Shown: one piece after another, positions 59,194-64,000 of the stretch
Layout of the letters: the number at the start of each line of letters is the position of its first letter
Numbering within the stretch: the stretch's first letter is position 1
Source: Octopus bimaculoides
Taxonomy: Eukaryota
Direction of reading: 5' to 3'
Length of the DNA: 64,000 bases
Assembly (NCBI RefSeq): GCF_001194135.2
Contig: NC_068985.1
Span: 42,794,182 to 42,858,181 of the forward strand
Notes under the pieces: model-generated
Seen by the model: only the letters and a program-made list of their open reading frames with translations
Told to the model about the DNA's origin: nothing
Database searches by the model: none
Translations under genes and position numbers: made by a program

Positions 59194-60779
59194 TTGTGCA
59201 GGTTTATGATAAAAAGCACCCCTGCCATGACCAGTCTTTGTTATTATTATTATTAATTTTTTTTTTGTAAATCTAGAACTACACTGAGCAATGTATCCAA
59301 TCTATTTTAAAATGGTAGGGTGTGATTTGAGGGAATTTAGCTGCTATTTCCAACAGGTCTAATAATAGCATAGAAGCTCCATTGGTATGTGTGTATATGA
59401 GAAAGAGAGGGACAGAAAAACAGAGAAGAGAGAGTATGCATGTGTACGTGTGTGTGTGTATGCACACATATGTATGTATGTATGTAAAATAAACATAGAT
59501 ACATATTCCTTTAAAATGGGTGTATATGTACGAGTACTACAATGGTGATGTCTGTGTTCCTGATATGATGTGCATGTGCAGGGATGGGGTGGTGGTAGTT
59601 TTTCTGTTATAAAGTTGTTTCCATGGCTATCTGGTTTGTTTAAACCTCATTCATGTAATATAACTTTCAGTAATACAGCAGCAGAATGATAGAAGCTGTA
59701 AAACAGCAGGCTAAATGCCTTTAGTTCTATTCTTCTAGGTTCTGAGTTCAAATCCCACTGAAGTCGATATTTAATTTAATTTAGCCAACAATGTATCTCC
59801 TTTACAAATTACACATCAAGTTTCTCTATAACAAACCAATCAGCACTGCATGAACTCACATATGTTAAATTCTGCCAGAATGGTAGAAAGGAAGAAGAAT
59901 TAATAAAGTGGAGGAATTGGTGGAGTAGAAATTAGTAAAATGGTAGATTTGGTTAGAGTTTCAGAACTTTCATGTTCTGAAATTTAAATGCTACTGAAGC
60001 CAACTTTGTTTTCCTTCCTTCCAAGGACAATGAAATAAAGTACCAGTCTTATATGGAGATTTTACAAAAATGCCGTCACCGCCACCACCACCATGTGTGT
60101 GTGGCTGTCTATGTAAGTTAGAAATCAATATGTCAATACTTTTACAATAATTTGTGTATAGTTACTAATTCATAATCTTGACTAATGATTCAGCTTCCTC
60201 TTGCATTTAACAATTTCTTGATCATGTTGCTGGCAAAAGGTTCTACCATTCTGTGTTGCAGTTACTGTATTTGATGATACAGAAAAAATGCTTAAAAAAT
60301 TCCCCTTGAGTCCTCTATGCAAAATTTGATTTATTTTAGATACTTTAACACTTTGCCTACCACGAGAGTCACTAGTAACATCCCATGCTATATTCTTAAT
60401 ATACCACAGGAGTCACCAATGACTGCCAGTGGTGTTGTTTTTTTTTTTGTTTTCATTTTTTGTTTTTTTCATGGAACTTCACATTACTGTGGTTCAAGCT
60501 ACAATATTTGAATTTTAGAAAATGTACAGAACACAGATATCAGCAGGGTGCAAGTCACTCCATAAAAGTTTTATTTAAAAAAAACAAGTATTAAGACTTA
60601 TATGATATAATCTGAAATATAATCAGTAGAAAAAAAAAGGTATAAATAAAAAAATTCTATAAATGAAGTTTTTTTTAAAAATTTTTAACTTGATCCAGTC
60701 ATTAGACTGCCTTGAAGAATTTTACTTGAATGAATTGACTCCAGTATTTTTTAATCTTTTAAAGTCTGATACTTACACT

Positions 60780-61030
60780 GTTGTTCCCTTTTGCTGAACC
60801 ACTAAGTTATGGGGATGTAAACACACCAACACCAGTTGTCAAGCAATGGGGTGGGGGAAATACAAGCACACAGACACACACACGCATAAATATGATATAT
60901 AGATATATATATGATGGGCTTTTTTCAGTTTCCATCTACCAAATCCACTCACAAGGCTTTGGTTGGCTCAGAGCTATAGCAGAAGAGATTTGCCAAAGGT
61001 GCCACACAGTGGGACTAAACCTGGAACCAT
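60780..61030 (-). mobile_element. SINE family B copy
   Basis: tttcagtttccatctaccaaatccactcacaaggctttgg is the reverse complement of the family B head. Confidence 0.8.
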
Positions 61031-62543
61031 GTGGTTGGAAAGCAAACTTCTTACCGCAAACACATTTTTTAATGTGTCACTGGCAACTCCTACAATGCAA
61101 AATGAATATAATATTTGTTTTGTACTGTGCTATAAATAAATGTAGTAGTTTATTTAGGGAACTAGAACATACATACATACATACATATATGTGTGTGTGT
61201 GTGTATACATATATATATACACATATATATATATATATAAGAGAGAGAGAAAGAGAGAAATATTTTTAAAATGCATAATTTTTAACAAAATGAGACTGCT
61301 AGTGCCAAAGAAAATATGGCACAAAATGGGCTTGGTCGACAAAGTGTCAATGCACTAAAAGCTTTTTTTTTCCTGAATATGCTCTGCTGAAATTGGGATG
61401 CATCAAATATGCCCATGCATCTTTTATCCTATCAAATACAGTAATTGCAGAAATAACCAAGAATTTAGAGGAACTTGGTGAGTAAAGTGACCAATAAGTA
61501 AAATCATCAATAAGCTGGAGTTTGGAAGATAACTCATCAAAAGATTCATGATTTAAAAATAGGCATTTTTAAACAGGGTTCTTTTTTGAATTATAGAACA
61601 AGAAGTAATGTCTTTGGTGGATTGCTACCAAAAGGGTTAAACACAGTCATCAGCTTGTTCTCTAGTCAAGTAATATTAGGTGTGGCAGTTTTGACTAATT
61701 CCACAATGTTCTATATAATCACATCATTTTTCTGTGACTTTGTTATTGTTGTTGTAGTAGTAGTAGTGGCAATAACAGTAATAGTTGTGGCAGCAGTAGT
61801 AGTAGTAGTGGTAGTTGCAGGAGCAAGTAGCAGCAGCAGTGAGCTGTATGCTTCTAGCCATTTCCCAATGTTACATCTGTTAGCATTAACTATCTTTGTA
61901 AATAAGTCTCAACAGGCGCTTGAAACTTATGGGCAAAATATGGAAAATGCATTAACATTATTTTCTCATTTTACTTTTTTTCTTAAAAAAAAAAAAATTT
62001 GGTCAGTGTTGAGCTCAAAATTTGTTATGAGCTCAGAAAAGACAATGCAAAGCCATTCTAATGTATCTATTCTGGAGAATATATACTTTGGTTCTTTGAA
62101 ATATAGTCCAACAGTAATAGACATTCAGTGATAGATAGCACTCACATAGCATCATTTAAATAAAGGAAATGTAGTTCACTATTTATCACACTTGTGTACA
62201 ATATGAATTATGAATGATTAGGAGGTGGTCCAGGCTTTTGAATTAATCATAATGTATTACAGGTACTTTTGTTATCAACTTTTATGAAAGCAGCCACTAC
62301 TAGCAGGATTCATATTTGATACAGCAGTCTCTGAAAAATAGCTAAATATTGTATGGCACTTATCTCCTTGCACAATGAATCATTTACAGATAAGAAGATT
62401 GAGATTGTGTGACATGGAAGCCTTTCTTAAGGTCATTAACAACATAAGTGAAGTCTAATATAATTCCTTTCACATGGAGGATGCATTATAGAAGTATAAA
62501 GTAACCTTGCCAGTACCTGAAATAAGACATCATTTGCTATATA

Positions 62544-62598
<55 letters not shown>

Positions 62599-62627
62599 AA
62601 TCAAATCAAATCAAATTGAAATCAAAA

Positions 62628-63042
62628 ATGGAAATTGTAGTTGTAGCTGATGCCAGTGCCACCTGACTGGCCCCTGTGCTGGTGGCACGCAATAAGCACC
62701 TTTTATGCATGGGTTGTTGCCAGTTCTGCCTGACTGGCTCCCCATGCTGGTGACATGTAAAAAGTGCCATCTGAACATGGTTGATGCCATCCACATCCCA
62801 CACCCCCGACTGGCTCCTGTGCCAGTAGCACGTAAAAAGCACCATCCGAACGTGGCTGACGCTAGTGCTGCCTGACTGGCTCACGTGCCAGTGGCATGTA
62901 AAAAGCACCCACTACACTTTCGGAGTGGTTGACATTAGGAAGGGCATCCAGCTGTAAAAACATTGCCAGATTAGATTGGAACCTGGTACAGCCTCCTGGC
63001 TTGCCAGTCCCCAGTCAAACCATCCAACCCATGCCAACATGG
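62628..63042 (+). mobile_element. SINE family A, diverged copy with a tandemly repeated 5' module
   Basis: shares gtggtt..ttaggaagggcatccagctgt..cccatgcc.gcatgg; 5' part repeats gccagt..gactggc / ggcacgtaaaaagcacc. Confidence 0.75.
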
Positions 63043-64000
63043 AAAAGAGTGGGGCAAGAATGCCTGAGTAGATGTGGCATGAATCCAGCCTGCTCTGTGG
63101 AGCAGAGGCAATTACAGTATCAGTTGAAAAGACAGAGACACTAAGCAGTGTACCTGTGGGCTAGAAATAGCATTCTGTATATTTTATTTAATGTGGATAT
63201 ATTGTAGAAAGTCAGAAAACTGTGGTATTTGTCATGAGAAAGCATCTCATATAGACATGTGCCAAGTTACTTGGGTAGAACTCTTGTTTCAGTTATAAAA
63301 CTGGAAAAAACCCAAAAAAACTTAGAAGTTTAAGGCTGTCTCTTTCCACTACACAGCACTCCTCTGCACTCCATACTTTACCATGCCTGACAGCAAATAT
63401 GACATAACTTTGACTGTCAAAACCCTACAATAAATGTAGCTGAAAGCATAAAAACATGTAATTATATGTTAAAGAAAGTGCATTTGTTAAAGAAGGATCT
63501 TATAGACTAGTGCATCTTATATACCAGCAAATACAGTAAGCGGTAATTATGAGCATGTGAAAGCATACACATAGAAGCAAGCTTTCAATCTCTATAATTC
63601 CCTTCTTCATCTTGTGCTTTTCTCCCACTATTTTTCTTTTTATCTTTCTATGTATCAATCCTACTGTTTACCCTAGTTTGCTTGGCTGTGTGGTGGCCTT
63701 CAATGCTCTATCTCTAAGTATCTACACATAAATCTATTTCTGTGCTTCATCCCCTCTAGCTGTGTCTCTTAACCTCTATCTGCCTGTTAGTGTCTGTCTA
63801 ATGAGTTTTCTTTATCAATCAGTCTTCCACTATCTATAAGGTCCTTTCTGCCTGCCTCCTTGTAATCTAACTTGCTAAAGGACATTTTAGAGGGCTGCAT
63901 GCGTGCGCACACACACACACACACACACACACACTCTCTCTCTCTTTCTCCCCCCCCCTCTCATTCTAAAGCCTTTAGGTTTTCACAACAATCCACTTCA

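Noticed and set aside
58416-59270. long ORFs of 232-270 aa
   Set aside because: Artefacts of the N gap and (GT)n flanks; the same applies at 30646-30972 and 32040-32454.
61586-62131. 181-aa ORF with poly-Val, resembling a membrane protein
   Set aside because: Built on (GTA)/(GTT)/(GCA) microsatellite in AT-rich DNA; no family motif.

Overview
AT-rich, repeat-dense metazoan genomic DNA with four assembly gaps. It is probably an Octopus-type cephalopod, inferred from the SINE/MITE families, microsatellite load and gene structure. Two convergent protein-coding genes are present. (1) Plus strand, 355-5497: the last five coding exons of a protein kinase(-like) gene, covering subdomains VIII-XI and a ~270-aa Ser/Gln/Asn-rich tail; it is tentatively STK31-like. 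(2) Minus strand, 45273-11263: 18 coding exons (2391 nt, 796 aa + stop, all GT-AG, reading frame continuous) of Bicaudal-C (BICC1), with KH and KH-like domains, a Ser/Pro linker, a SAM domain and the SGRW C-terminus. Its 5' exon(s) were not found in the window. The introns hold several SINE families, piggyBac/hAT/mariner-type MITEs, Helentron-like and Penelope-like pieces, a LINE relic, many minisatellites and long hairpins. The most interesting cluster is at the BICC1 KH3 exon. Its GxxG loop is genomically GRGD, and one A-to-I edit would restore GRGG. The exon starts with an AG|GTAAGT ratchet-point motif. The upstream intron contains a 34-bp array in phase with, and apparently copied from, the preceding exon's splice donor. 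Long intronic hairpins and a hammerhead-like motif are also noted. All coordinates and splice models were read by hand.
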